A DNA stretch of 64,000 nucleotides from Eledone cirrhosa. Lineage: Eukaryota. The notes below the pieces were generated by a model. It had not been told where the DNA came from. It saw only the letters and a list, made by a program, of their open reading frames with translations, and ran no database searches. Within the stretch, counting starts at the first letter, position 1; the number at the start of each line of letters is the position of its first letter. The stretch covers positions 51,894,001 through 51,958,000 of the forward strand of contig OZ024750.1 in assembly GCA_964016885.1 (NCBI GenBank), read 5' to 3'. This document shows positions 47,008 through 59,983 of this stretch, one piece after another. Position numbers and translations under genes: made by a program.

Positions 47008-47545
47008 TAAAGTTTACTTCTCACAATGTGGCCATGAAGAAAAGTAATAAAAGTACTAGCCACTCTAACTCTAGATAGCAGATATGGAGGAGGACTTCTT
47101 ATTACTAAATGGGCAGATGGTCTACCAGAACACTTTATTTGCTGATCTGAAGTTGGATTCCAGCTTAAACAAAGTCCTGCGGGTGCAAGAAGGGGACTTA
47201 TTTCCAAGCCAAGCGTTGTAAGCCTCTGAATATCTTGAATATTGTTCGTTATATATCAGAGAATATCCAATGTTTTCTTATCAGTCGAACCGGCAGTAAT
47301 GGCGGGATTAACGACAGAGCAGACTTACTTTACACTGCTCTGCGTGTGTGTGTGTGTGTGTATCCCGGGTTCAATCGAGGGTAACAACAGTAAATAAGGT
47401 ACTCAATACATAGTAGAGTATATACAATATTTTTAATAGAAATGGCTCCTACAGGACTAGAACTGTTTCATTCGAAGGAAATCATCATATATATATATAG
47501 AAGTAGTACCACAACAGTTAGGTCACCATACCGAGAACAAATGGG

Positions 47546-47584
47546 CGAGCTGAAGATCCGCATAAGGTGAAACAATTGTTCTCG
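47546..47584 (+). ncRNA. Putative type I minimal hammerhead ribozyme inside a long inverted repeat
   Basis: cgag-CTGAAGA-t[cc gcataa gg]t-GAAAC-aatt-GTT-ctcg. Confidence 0.65.
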
Positions 47585-47682
47585 GTATGGTGAACTGACT
47601 GTTGTGGAACCACTTCTACCTAACTCGTCCCATGGACTGAGTGCTCTACTACTACGGATATAACCCTCCAGTGTTCTACTAT

Positions 47683-47685
<3 letters not shown>

Positions 47686-47761
<76 letters not shown>

Positions 47762-47827
47762 GTGTGTGTGTGTGTGTGTGCGTGTGTGTGCGTGCGTGTG
47801 TGCGCGTGAGTGCGCGTGAGTGCGCGC

Positions 47828-47912
<85 letters not shown>

Positions 47913-47930
47913 TGTGTGTGTGTGTGTGTG
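47686..47930. repeat. (TG)n microsatellite with CG interruptions
   Basis: Read directly. Confidence 0.96.
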
Positions 47931-48125
47931 TCGGGTCGTTCTCGAGTGCTACTGGTAACATGTAACCCACTACAACCTGTCTCATGGTCGGGTTGTCGGC
48001 GACTAAACCTGCATCCCCACCAAGCCTGCTTGCTGTGGAGGGTGATATTTGGACACCCTGGGGGATGAAATTCAAGACCAGGCAAAGAGTGGAGGAACTC
48101 AGCAGAGTCAACGGCCATCCAAATA
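47931..48125 (+). mobile_element. Interspersed repeat, possibly an RTE 5' end fragment
   Basis: A diverged inverted paralog lies at about 59700-59888; the RTE assignment is inference. Confidence 0.45.
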
Positions 48126-48481
48126 GTTTATTTGTTTTGGGCGTTTTTTTGTACGGAGAGGTTAAACTCCGAGGTATAAAAAGCTGAGGGCTGTGGTTGT
48201 ATTTTCTGTGGCAAACATTTGCACCGAAGATATGTGCCGCCAATTCCAAAAAGTGTGGTTGGTCCTACACAAGCCATCACCACTCGAAACAAAACTTTGT
48301 GTGGGTAGTTCAACATCAGTTCACTTTCTCACATTTCGCCAGTCTTTTGAAGGCGGAGTCCGTAGGTGATGGGGATTGAAATGTCACAGGGGACACCGCC
48401 ATCCAGAGAGCTGAACTTTTGTTGGACACTCATACGTCGTATATGAACGGAAGAGTTAGTCATATATATATATATGTGTGT

Positions 48482-48513
<32 letters not shown>

Positions 48514-49262
48514 ATTAAGAAATGCACTAAGTAGCCATAATATATGATAAAACTATATCTGTATATATACAGGGTGGGTAACCGAGACTGCAACAGTGTG
48601 CATATAAATATACACATTTTTAATATACTAATTATATGCAAATTAGCACGTCCATTCCAGAAAACTACTAGGAGGGAATGGGTATATAAGCCCATCCAAT
48701 AAGTGTTTCCTTGTAGTTGTTTAAATTATATACACGCTTTCTGCTGTCGCCCCAACTAGGTCTGAAAATCGATTAAAGGTGCTTAGCATTTTTTTCAATT
48801 TACAAAGAAATTAGCATTTTTTCTGGCATGTTTACATGTCTGCATATTAATAATGGGTACATTTACATATTGATGCAGTCTCAGTTATCTATTCTGTATA
48901 TATATATATACATATATATATTTATTTACATATAAATATTCTGATATACAGACTTGTATTTACAAAATACCTGTTCTGGCGCGAGTGGCAAACTGCGATC
49001 TTGGACGAATTCTATCTGTCTGGTTCGTTAAATTAATATTTAATTTTCCCTAGTAACGGGTTTGCCAATAATCGTAAGTTGAATGTTATATATATTTTCT
49101 TATATTAATTCAATTTCTATGAATTCTGCTCTTCTAATCGTTTTTTATGCTTGGTTGAAATCTCCGTAAGGGTTGCTTCGGTTGTTTTCCTGTATTTCCT
49201 ATGTAATTCCTTGCGAATGAAGTTATTATAAATGGTGATATCCATAGAGTAAACATTCCCCA

Positions 49263-51016
49263 TTTACTCTATAGATATCACCACGTGTAATTATTTCACA
49301 AGGAATTACATAGGAAATACAGGAAAACAACCGAAGCCATCCTTACAGAGATTAAGTATAGTGAAATGATTGGACCTAACCGACAGAACTGAACCTTTTG
49401 CCGCCAGATGCCCCACATTCAACTTTAAAAAAACCACAAGAGCAATTTCGAACCAAACCCCTCCATTAGACTGATATGTCCATCCAAATCAGACGTAGGA
49501 AAAATAAGCAAAACCATCCTAGATAGGGTAATAGCACAAATTAAGAGTAGACTAACAACCAAACTGTGGGGTAACACTAGAGAGGTAGTTAACTGGTTTA
49601 GTGAAACAGATAATAAAGTTTATTCAGTTTGATATAAACGATTATTATTCATCCCTAACTCCTGTCATCCTAAATAAGGCATTCGCTTTAGCTAGAAAAG
49701 AACTCTGACCTAACTCTAGAAGAAATTAAGATAGTGATAGTAGCTAGGTAAACTATTATTAAATTTGGAACGAAGTGATAGAGAAAACAGTTTCGATATC
49801 ACAATGGGGTCCAGTGACTCGGCACAAGTTACCGATGTAGTCGGAATTTACATAGTAAATATATATATCCTACATAGCCCATAATATCCATAGGGAATTT
49901 GATAACCTCCTAGGAGGAATTTATAGAGACGATGCTCTGCTACTAGTCAAAACAAATAATCAAAATCTAGAAAGTATACGGAATGGGATCAGATCTTTCT
50001 TCAGTATAATAGGCCTAGAAATATCATTGGAGCATAACTTCAAGAAGACAAACTTCTTGGATGTGACGTTTAATCTAAACACCGGACTAACATATCCCTT
50101 CCATAAGAATAATGAGAACCTAGCATACATTAGGCATTAATCCACCTACCCCCATTCTATAATCAAATCAATAACACGCAACGTGTCTCTAATCATCCTC
50201 CCTAGAAATAATTAATGAGCCTGCCGATTACTACAATAGTGCATTACGTAAGGCTGGACATAAGGATAAACTGGAGTATATAAGCGAAAGCGAGATGATT
50301 AGACACACACCAGACCGCAGGACCAGACCCAACAATAACTCTAGGGTTACCCGTAGCAAAACCTACCACATTAAACACAATAGTAGTAATTGAAAATGAG
50401 ACAAATATATGCACTCTACCCAAAGAACTAGACGTAACGAGAGCTCTAAGAATAACCATAGTAACAGCCACCACGCCGAAATCAACAGTAAGAGTAAAGA
50501 AAATAATAGATCCATATACCCCACCCCCACCCACCCACCGTGCAAACCCCACACACCAGCGCCTCAAAAAAATCTAGAAGTAGAACATACCTCTGGTATA
50601 ATCCTGTCTTCAACTCCACAATTAAAACCAACCTCACCCTAGTTTTTAATTTTTTTAAATAAATAGATAAACATTTACCAAAATCGCACAAATACCACAA
50701 CATTTTTAAAAGGAAAACCCTCAGCTTATCATACTCAACTACAATGAATCTTGCTGCAAACATAATGAAGCTCAGCAAGAAGCGTATACCTAAGTATAAT
50801 AATACACAAGACCTTAGAATAGATTCTAATAACAAAAGCTAGTACTCTCGCAACCGGTTAACAAACCTAAAACTAGACATTTGCGTGGCATAATTAAATC
50901 TTCATCACAACCTAATCCAACTCATACCGCATATCATAGGGTAGAACTCTTACATAGAAAAATGGTCAACTGTAACTACACCCAACCAGATAGATGCCCC
51001 CTTCAAAACAAATGGC
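49263..51016 (+). mobile_element. Decayed Penelope-like element reverse transcriptase (Neptune-like)
   Basis: RLICPSKSDVGKISKTILD, QFDINDYYSS, FDITMGSSDSA, GIYRDDAL, NFLDVTFNL, WYNPVF and a Cys linker ending CPL; many stops. Confidence 0.85.
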
Positions 51017-54000
51017 AAGCCCATTCACACGAGTCATTCTTGCCTCTCTCAGCCACCTTTCAACAAACTGACTGGAAGGCAGCACTTCCCTCTCCACTCT
51101 GATTTTCCTTTTCAGATGAAACCTGAAAAGGTTAATGAGGGCGCCACCGAAGAGGAAAGTACCCGTCTTCAATTATTTCAGACGCGTCCACCATACGACC
51201 TCTTTTACCATGGCCATCAGGCAGATAAAAACTGCCTGCCCTTCCTGGCTAAAGGAGGGTCAGCTGATAACCGGAGCCGTCCTACACGCGACAGTAGATG
51301 GTCGACATAAGCATACAGGTCAGCGATGCGCGAACACTGGAAGAGTGCGTGCAGGGCGGTTTCGTCGCCCTGCGCGCATCTCGGACAGTCCCGGCTGACG
51401 ACACTTCCATGCCTGTAGAGTTTACCCTGAACTGGCAAAGCTCCCCGGTAGCACTGACAGGCCAGGGATTTCTGGAAGTTGTCCATGGGCCCCGGCCCGA
51501 AAGTTCTTCCGAAGAGATTGGCTAGTTGATTTTCGTCGACACCAAGAGTCTCCCCAAGGATGTAATTACCCTTTCCTCCACTAACCCGCTATAGAACGCC
51601 AAGGTGGAGTTTCCACCGATCACATTGCCCGACTGGTCGAGGGCTGTGAACGCCTGAAGACATTCCAGTCTCCAAACACTCCCTCTCGGTTTTCTCTTGA
51701 CGCAGGACTGCAGCTCCGTCAAGAAGACGAACTGAAGAAAGACGCGTCTAACAAACGGCGACCACACCTGATAACCGTCGAGGAAGAGGTGGAGGTGTCG
51801 TAGCCTGAGCGCGTGTCTGCGCATCATCATCCATGGCATGCCCAGCCCTCCTCATAGCGTGTGTTGACAACAGATGGCCCGTCTGACCATAGGAGCGCGT
51901 CCCTTCTACAAAAAGTGAAAGAGCAAACGCTCCAGCGCAGACAGGCGAGGCTTAGGACAAGGTACGACGGTCAGGCGGTAGTAGATGACGGAGGCGATGT
52001 ACATGTTCGCCACCTCTGCTCGACCTTTCAGGGATAGCTTCCTCTCGGCCCATTTCTGGGTGAAAGAAGCCACCCTGCTCATCACATTGTCCCAGTTTTT
52101 GGAGGTCTTGACCGAACTAGACCCCTAGCAACTCAACCGGTCCGTCCCTCCAGCGCCCGACGATACTGTTGGACGGTATGGACCTGCTTCTCCAGGTGCC
52201 GAGCCCACTGACTTTTCCTGGTTGATCATAGTTCCTCTCACCGCTTCGTATTCTCTTAGTGTAGTGCCGATCGCCTCGATTGTGTTTGGCGTTCGACACC
52301 ACTACGGTGACGTCGCCTACATATGCTGACATGGTTCTCCCGCATCCTAGTTCACGCGGGTCGCCCCTCAACGTCTCCAGTTTCTGCAGTAATGGCTCGA
52401 GAGTCAATACGTACAACAGGGACGAGAGGGGCCATCATTGGGGGACGAGCGCATGATGCTGAACGATTGCGAAAGGCCACCGTTCACTTTCACAACAAAA
52501 CAGATGTCGCTGTGCATAGCAGCTATCCAGCCTCTGAAGACTGGCCCAAAGCGGGCCGCATTTAGGACCGCCGCTAGATAACGATGGCCAACCCTATCGA
52601 AAGCTTTTGACTGATCTAAATTGATCAAAGACCGAATGTGCCAGGTCACCTAGCTACCCTCTCCACGATGTATCGCATGATGTGGAGGTTGTTACGGATG
52701 GATCTGTCTGGAATGGCGCATGTTTGCGCCTCTCCCACCCGAGCACCGACGACAAGCGCCATCCTCTTTGCTAGCACCTTAACCAAAATCTTGAACTCTG
52801 TGTTTAGCAGAGTTATGGGCCTGAAATTATCTATGTTATCCCCAATGTTCGGATCCTTTCTCCGCTCCTTGGCTCACAGAACTGGGAATTCTTCCGTTCT
52901 GCTGCCAGTTACAGTAGACGTCTGCCAAGAGGCATCCGAACAAGTCTGACATGCGTATGTAAACTTCGTAGGGCAGACCATCCAAACCAGGTGATTTACC
53001 CATCATGCAGTCAGTCATTGCTACCCGTACTTCAGCAGCTGTTATCGGCCTTTCGCAACACTCCGCCTCAGTGGCCGAGAGCCGTGGCAGTCCGTCAAGG
53101 TAGGCGCTAAAGTCCATCCTGCGATCCGACCCACCACTACCCCGAACAGCTGAGCGAAGTGCCGCTGAAAAGCCGCACACATTTAATCGGGTTCGAGTAA
53201 CATACGCCCGTCGTGGTCCTCCAAAAACCAGATCGTGGCTTTGTTGCCATGACGTGCCTCTGCCACTCGGGCCCATCGAACGGCTTTCGTCCCCTCGTTT
53301 CTGAGAGCACTCGCCCTAATCTGACAACGCAGCCTTCATGTATTGCGTTGAAGAATTTGGTCGAGGGCCAATTTCGTCGCAAGCACGTCGGTCGCGATGC
53401 CTTTACTAAGCTCCTCGTCTAATTTTCTAACTAGTTCTCCCTCTGCTCTATTTTTCTCTATTGCTAAAGCCTTACTAAACCTAATGGACTCTATTCTAAT
53501 CGCTCTTTTCAGAGCAAACCACCACTTGTTGTTGACGATGGCCCCCGTCAACGCCCGCTTAACTAGTTCGCTAATCCAGTCTCTGTAGGCCTTGCGCGCT
53601 GTTAATGATGCGTTTAGCTTCCAATAGCCGGGTCCCCGTCTATGAAGCCTATCTAAGTCAACCTCACAGGTCACGAATTTATGGTCCGTGTAGTCGACTA
53701 TTTTGAAATGTGGACAGCCTATGCTAGACCTATCTATTTCCCTACAAAATACCTTATCTAGGTATGATCTGGATGACCCGATGCGGTTTGTCCATGTCCA
53801 CATTAGTACATTCGGGAAAATCCAGACGGTACCTGTTAGACAGCTGAAACCGTCTGAGCAGGTTTCCGGCGCTTTTACACCCTCCTCCCCTATCCGCTAA
53901 TCCCACACAGTCCCAGCGTGCATCTAAGATCCCGTTCCAGTCGCCCACTAACACTAAAGAGCGGGACGTTCCAAGAAAGGTCTCCAGACGCCGGAAGAAA
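51017..54000 (-). mobile_element. Tx1 family B copy B3, decayed ORF2 only
   Basis: Frameshifted ORFs colinear with B1 and B2 ORF2. Confidence 0.9.
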
Positions 54001-54240
54001 TGTTGCATCTAATAACTGCATATACACATGTACAGATACTAAGCATATACACATGCACACATACAACTCAAAACATCCACATGCACACATACTACAACAT
54101 CCATATCTACACATGCATGCATACATACATATCTACCTAGTTGATGTTGTGTAAATTCCAATGAGAGAGTCTTGTGTCTATGTTAGAAACCGACTCTCTT
54201 TCTATTGGTAAAACTTTGTGAAATTATAAAACCAGAAGAA
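54001..54240 (+). mobile_element. Family E 3' fragment with (CATA)n tail
   Basis: Matches 43890-44100. Confidence 0.9.
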
Positions 54241-54265
54241 CATACATACATACATACATACATAC

Positions 54266-57200
54266 AATGGCGACCGTTGTGGTCAGTGTCCGATAATCGG
54301 ACGTGTGTAATTACGGCTTACATGAAGGCAACATATATTGGAAAAAGTTGAGCTACATTACGCGGTAAGATTACATACAATAATTCTACATAAGAGTTTG
54401 AACTGTGTTTGAACTGTAAGTGTGTTGTAAAACACCTATTTATATGAACGATACATACACTTATGATATATGAACGATACATACACTTTAATATATAAAT
54501 GCAACGTTGTTATATTACATTTATAAAGAAATGTGCAAGTAACGTTTTCGATTCAGAAACAAAAACATAAGTGTTTGAACTGTGAATATGTTGTAGAACA
54601 CCTATTTATATGAATGATACATAAACTTTAACATATAAATACAACGTTGTTATATTATATTACATTCATAAAGAAATATACTAAGTACCGGTTTTTTGGG
54701 GGGTTTTTTGTTCTCGATTCAAACGATTCAAGAACAACGTTTAAAACACAGTTGTAGAATTAAAAACTAACTGAAAAGAAATATTATCCAAGCTGTGAAT
54801 AACTTTAAATTTGATTCTGACAGAACTATGTCGAAACTTTTAAAGAAGATCATCGACTATTTTGAAAAATAAATACAAAATATTAGTGAATAGACGAACT
54901 CATCATGGCAAAACGTACAAGTCTCCTTCGACCAAATCGCAACTACAACCGTTGTATACAGTGGAGCTACGAGCTTAGCAAAGAATTATATAAAGCATAC
55001 AAACAATCTGAACCCCAAAAGTTCGGTTTTATGCAAAGGCTAAAAACTTTATGGAACTCCAAACCCAGAATTAGACTTTTCTCCAAAGCATTTAAATGAA
55101 CAGGCAAAACGTATCATTAGATGTAAATTGATACATCTAACGGAATTGTGTGATACTACAAATACAGCCCTTGTAGACAACCACCCCACCTCCACTGACA
55201 GACAAAGAGAATGGCCAGCTAAATCTAACAGTGAACAGCTCACCAACAATTTTACTGAAATCCATCCCACTTCCACTGAAGAACAGCGAGAATGGTCAGC
55301 TAACTCTAGTAGTAATTGTCACCACATCAACAACGAGGTTGAAATTCATGACTCTACTGTACAAACAGAACACAAAAAACTTGTGGACACCTTACAAGTG
55401 ATATGGGACGAAATGTTTCAAGAGATACACAGCCTTAATGTGAGTGACAGGCCATACAACACCAGAATCAGTAAAGAACCCACTAAATTGGAATTGGAAG
55501 CGGTGAACGAAATAGCTGGCAATTATCTGAAGGCTATACGATCTAAAGGTGTAGAAACGACATTTGAAACGCTTAATATTTTGTTACATGTTTCAGCTGT
55601 CACATTGCTATCATATAACACACATCTAAAACCACGCAATCAAGATACAAACAAAAAGCCTGAACCAGCGTGGATGCGAAATTTAAAAAGCAAAATTTTG
55701 TCCCTGAAACGAAGTATCTCACACATCGCAGTCGTTATCAAATGCAACATAGAGAGCAACTTCACACGACACCAGGAAAACCTAAAAAGAGGTTAGTGAG
55801 ACGATTTGGAGATACAAAATTTAAAACTTTGAACTCCAAATTACACCAGTTGAAACAACAACTCACAGCTACAACAGAAAGACTAAAATATAAGTCAACA
55901 GCACATAAACGACAAGTGCTAAATAGATTGTTTGCCAGAGATCCTAAATCAGTTTATCGCAGCTTCGGTGGCAAAAGCTCAATCCCTGTAAATGACACCC
56001 CTTCAAAAGAACAGGTTGAGAGCTACTGGAGATCTGTATGGGAAACGGATGACGGATTCAACAGACAAACTAATTGGCTAAAAGAACTGGAACAGGACTA
56101 CTGCCAACATGTCCAGACAAAACAATATGACATAGATCGGTCAATACTGGAAACAGCTCTATAGAAAATGTTGAATAGGAAATCACCAGGCCCAGACCTC
56201 ATTACAGGATACTGGTTGAAGAATTTCACTTTCTATCGGCAAGATCTCATACGGCTGTTTACAGAAACCATTAAAAGCACACAAGAACTGCCCAGATGGT
56301 TATCAACTGCCACTACTCTCCTCATTCCCAAAAATAGCCAAACCACCCTTGCTAAAAATTACCGCCCAATAGCCTGCCAAAACATCATGTATAAATTATA
56401 TACTGGGTGCCTTAACCTGTTCTTACAGGATCACTGTGCTACCAACAACATCATAACACCTGAGCAAGCTGGTGGAAAGAGGGAGGTGTGGGGTTGCATA
56501 GATCACCTACTAACTAATAAAATGATTCAAGAAAAAACAACAAAGAATCGCAGAAACATGACTGTGGTGTGGCTGGACTATCAAAAAGCATTTGATAGTG
56601 TACCTCATGGGTGGATTGTTAAGGCTTTACAGTTAGCCAAAGTCCCACAATCACTGGTAGCTGCTGTTGAACGTCTGACCAAGAACTGGTACACCAATTT
56701 GATCCTTAGAAGTGAGAAGGAGCAAGTTAAGTCTGATAGGATACATTACCAGAAAGGCATCTTTCAGGGTGATAGCTTGTCAGTGCTACTCTTCGTTCTC
56801 TCACTAAATCCACTATCTTACCTACTCAGGAAACAAGGTGGACAAAGAAGTGGGTCAAGAAGTATCTCCCGTCTTTTCTTTGTTGATGACCTGAAGTTGT
56901 ATGGGCCAAATATCAATGACATCAAGAAACAATTGGACCTCATTACACAATTTTCAACAGATATCAAAATGAAATTTGGTGAGTCCAAGTGTGCATATTT
57001 GGCAGTAAAACGTGGAAGAGCTGTGCCCTCCTCTAGAAATCTAGAGATGAACGGCCTGACAATACAACCTCTACAGTCAGGTGACAACTACAGATATCTT
57101 GTACAGGATGAGAATGTCAGATATGATGGACCCATAAATAAGGAGAGAACCAGAACTGAATACCTCATAAGAGTAAAGAAAATATGGTCATCAGAACTGT

Positions 57201-58505
57201 CAGGGTACAACAAATACATTGCCCCCAATAGTTATGCTGTGCCAATTCTAACGCCAACATTTGGCCTGCTGAACTGGTCATTGCAAGAACTAAGTGAGAT
57301 GGATGTTAGAACTCGCAAACTTCTCAGTGTTACTGGGAACTTTAACATCAATGGTGATGTGGATAGGCTATACTTCTCACGCAAGGAAGGTGGCCGGGAT
57401 CTAAAATCCATATTAACATCATATGAGACCCGGATATAAGTCAACAGCACATAAACTGAAGCAACACCTTCAACAGAGGAAAAAGGTTGGCAACCATCTT
57501 GCCCAGGTTTATGAGCATGAAAAAAAAAATATCATTAGAATAGCCACTGATCTGGAGGAGAGATATGGAATAAAGCCTGATATAAATCTCTCACCCAGAG
57601 AAATCGGAAGATCCTATTCAATGTTCAAACAAGATGAAAAAATTGACCAATTAACAGAAAAAGTTGTGCATGGATACTTGAGACGTAACACACAGACCAT
57701 AGAGGGAATAAACCACTCAAAAAGCCTGGCATTGAGTTCTGACAAGTTTATGACATCACACATTGAGGGATATCTCTATGCAATAGAGGAACAAGAACTC
57801 CATACCAAATATTTACTGCACAAAACGGGAGGGCCATCAGCTGACAATAAATGTAGGCTATGTAAAACAAAGATCGAGGATGTAAGCCACATCGTTGCCA
57901 GCTGCGAAAGAATGTCATCTCGCTACTACCTCCCCATGAGACACGATGGGATAGCTAGAACCACCTGGAACGCACTTCGGAAAACAAAATTAACAACAAA
58001 CAAGGAAGAATATATTGAGACAGATGGCACTAAGGAATACTGGTGGAACCTGAAAATAAAAACTGCCACCAAATTAAAGCACAACCGGCCTGATATTGTT
58101 GTTTGGGACCACACATTGAAAACGTGTTCTGTTGTGGAGATCAGCTGCCCACTTGATGTAAACGTTGTCAGAGAAATACAGGAGAAGGAGGACATCTACG
58201 GACCATTGATGAGGAGTTTAGAAATCCAGTATCCAAGATACACCTTTAGCTTCATACCCATCATTATTGGAGCTACGGGTTATATACCAACCCGTTTGGA
58301 CCAAAGTATGACTGAACTTGGATTTGCGGACAAAGAGCGCAGCTCCCTAATTCATAGTCTACAAATGGCTGCGATAACTGGCACCTTCAACATTTGCAAA
58401 TCATTCTTGCGATTCAAGGGATGACAATTTCTTTTCTTTTACAACCATGCCACCAGGAAGGTGGCCGGTCAAAAAAATACTGGAAATTAAGAGAAAGAGA
58501 TAACA
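54266..58505 (+). mobile_element. Near full-length R4/Dong-type LINE family F (few disablements), between CATA-type tracts
   Basis: ORF pieces 54905-58424: N-terminal W..GFMQRL..W, RT ([17 protein letters not shown]), CRLC...HIVASC, RHD and NRPDIVV. Confidence 0.9.
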
Positions 58506-59079
58506 TAGAAACATACTTACAAACATACATACATACAAACATACATATATACATACATACATAGATAACACACACACGCATTAATGGTACAGTCCTGTTA
58601 TGCAATATATGTATTTAAACTAATCAACCTATTTCTGGAAAAGTTCTGCTCCAGAAAACCAGAAAGGAGACGTTTAATTAGGAAATTCACACATTCACTA
58701 ATAGAACAATAGAAATAGGTCGAACATTCTATAGATGTAGATATCAGAGAATAATTAGAGTTACTCGGCAATACTTTCACTACCCAGATTCAACTGAGCT
58801 GGATCATGGATTATATTAGATTACATGGTATCAGAGTGGTTGGCTTGAGAGTATTAGACACACGATCATAAGGTCATGGTTTCGATACCTTTTGCTCTTC
58901 ATGATAGGACTGCTCTAACACCCCCACCTTAGACCTGAGAAGCCTTCTGTGAATTACAATGGCGTACGAATATAAACTTACATAGGTGTGAAATTTCATT
59001 TCATTTTCAGTGGAACTCACGAGTGGCTTGACATACATACATACATACATACATACATACATACATACATACATACATA

Positions 59080-59235
59080 CATACAATAACATCCATATCT
59101 ACACATGCATGCATACATAGATATCTACCTAGTTGATGTTGTGTAAATTCCAATGAGAGAGTCTTGTGTCTATGTTAGAAACCGACTCTCTCTCTCTATT
59201 GGTAAAACTTTGTGAAATTATAAAACCAGAAGAAT
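59080..59235 (+). mobile_element. Family E 3'-UTR fragment within (CATA)n
   Basis: Matches 43955-44100. Confidence 0.85.
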
Positions 59236-59261
59236 ATACATATAAACATATATACATACAT

Positions 59262-59612
59262 GATGGCTGCTCCCTCGTTATCCAGTATGACCATTGCACG
59301 ATATAACATTATTAATAATTATTAATTAATTCTATCGAGCAATGCCTGTGCATGAAGATATTTTTTAAACTGGGGAAAGACTGTGCACTGAGCCAATCCC
59401 ACTCTCTGAGCGACATTAGCTATAACCCGAAGAGAAGAAAAGATCAACATCATCGGTAACTACTGAGCCGCAGGTTTTATGTCGGAGTTATCCCAGTTAC
59501 CTGAGTTGCCTTCTCCTAGAAGAATGCCCTGACAAAGGCTAGGGGTCCTTCACTCCCAGTGGTTTAACCGCGCGATCGAGTGTCCAGCCCGACTATTTCT
59601 ATGTCCCCGCGC
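59262..59612 (-). mobile_element. RTE-derived short element family R2
   Basis: 5' part with CTAGGAGAAGGCAACTC, the shared AGAGAGTGGGATTGGCT motif and a 3' end followed by (ATGT)n. Confidence 0.7.
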
Positions 59613-59983
59613 ATATCCATACACATGAACCCATGTATATATATACACATATACATATACACACATATGTACATGTGTATATACATATTTACACACTTTG
59701 GGATGGCAGTTGACTCTTATGAATTCTTACGCTCTTTGTCAAATTTTGTTTTTTGACCTGCAGGGTGTCCAAAATCAACCTCCTCACCAAGTAAACTTGG
59801 TGGGGGTTGCCGGTTTAGTCGCCGACGACCCAAACATGTGACAGGTTGTACTGGGTTGTACCAAGTAGCATTCGAGAACAACCTGGCATAACATACATAC
59901 ATACATACATACATACATACATACATACATACATACATACATACATACATACATACATACATACATACATACATACATACATA

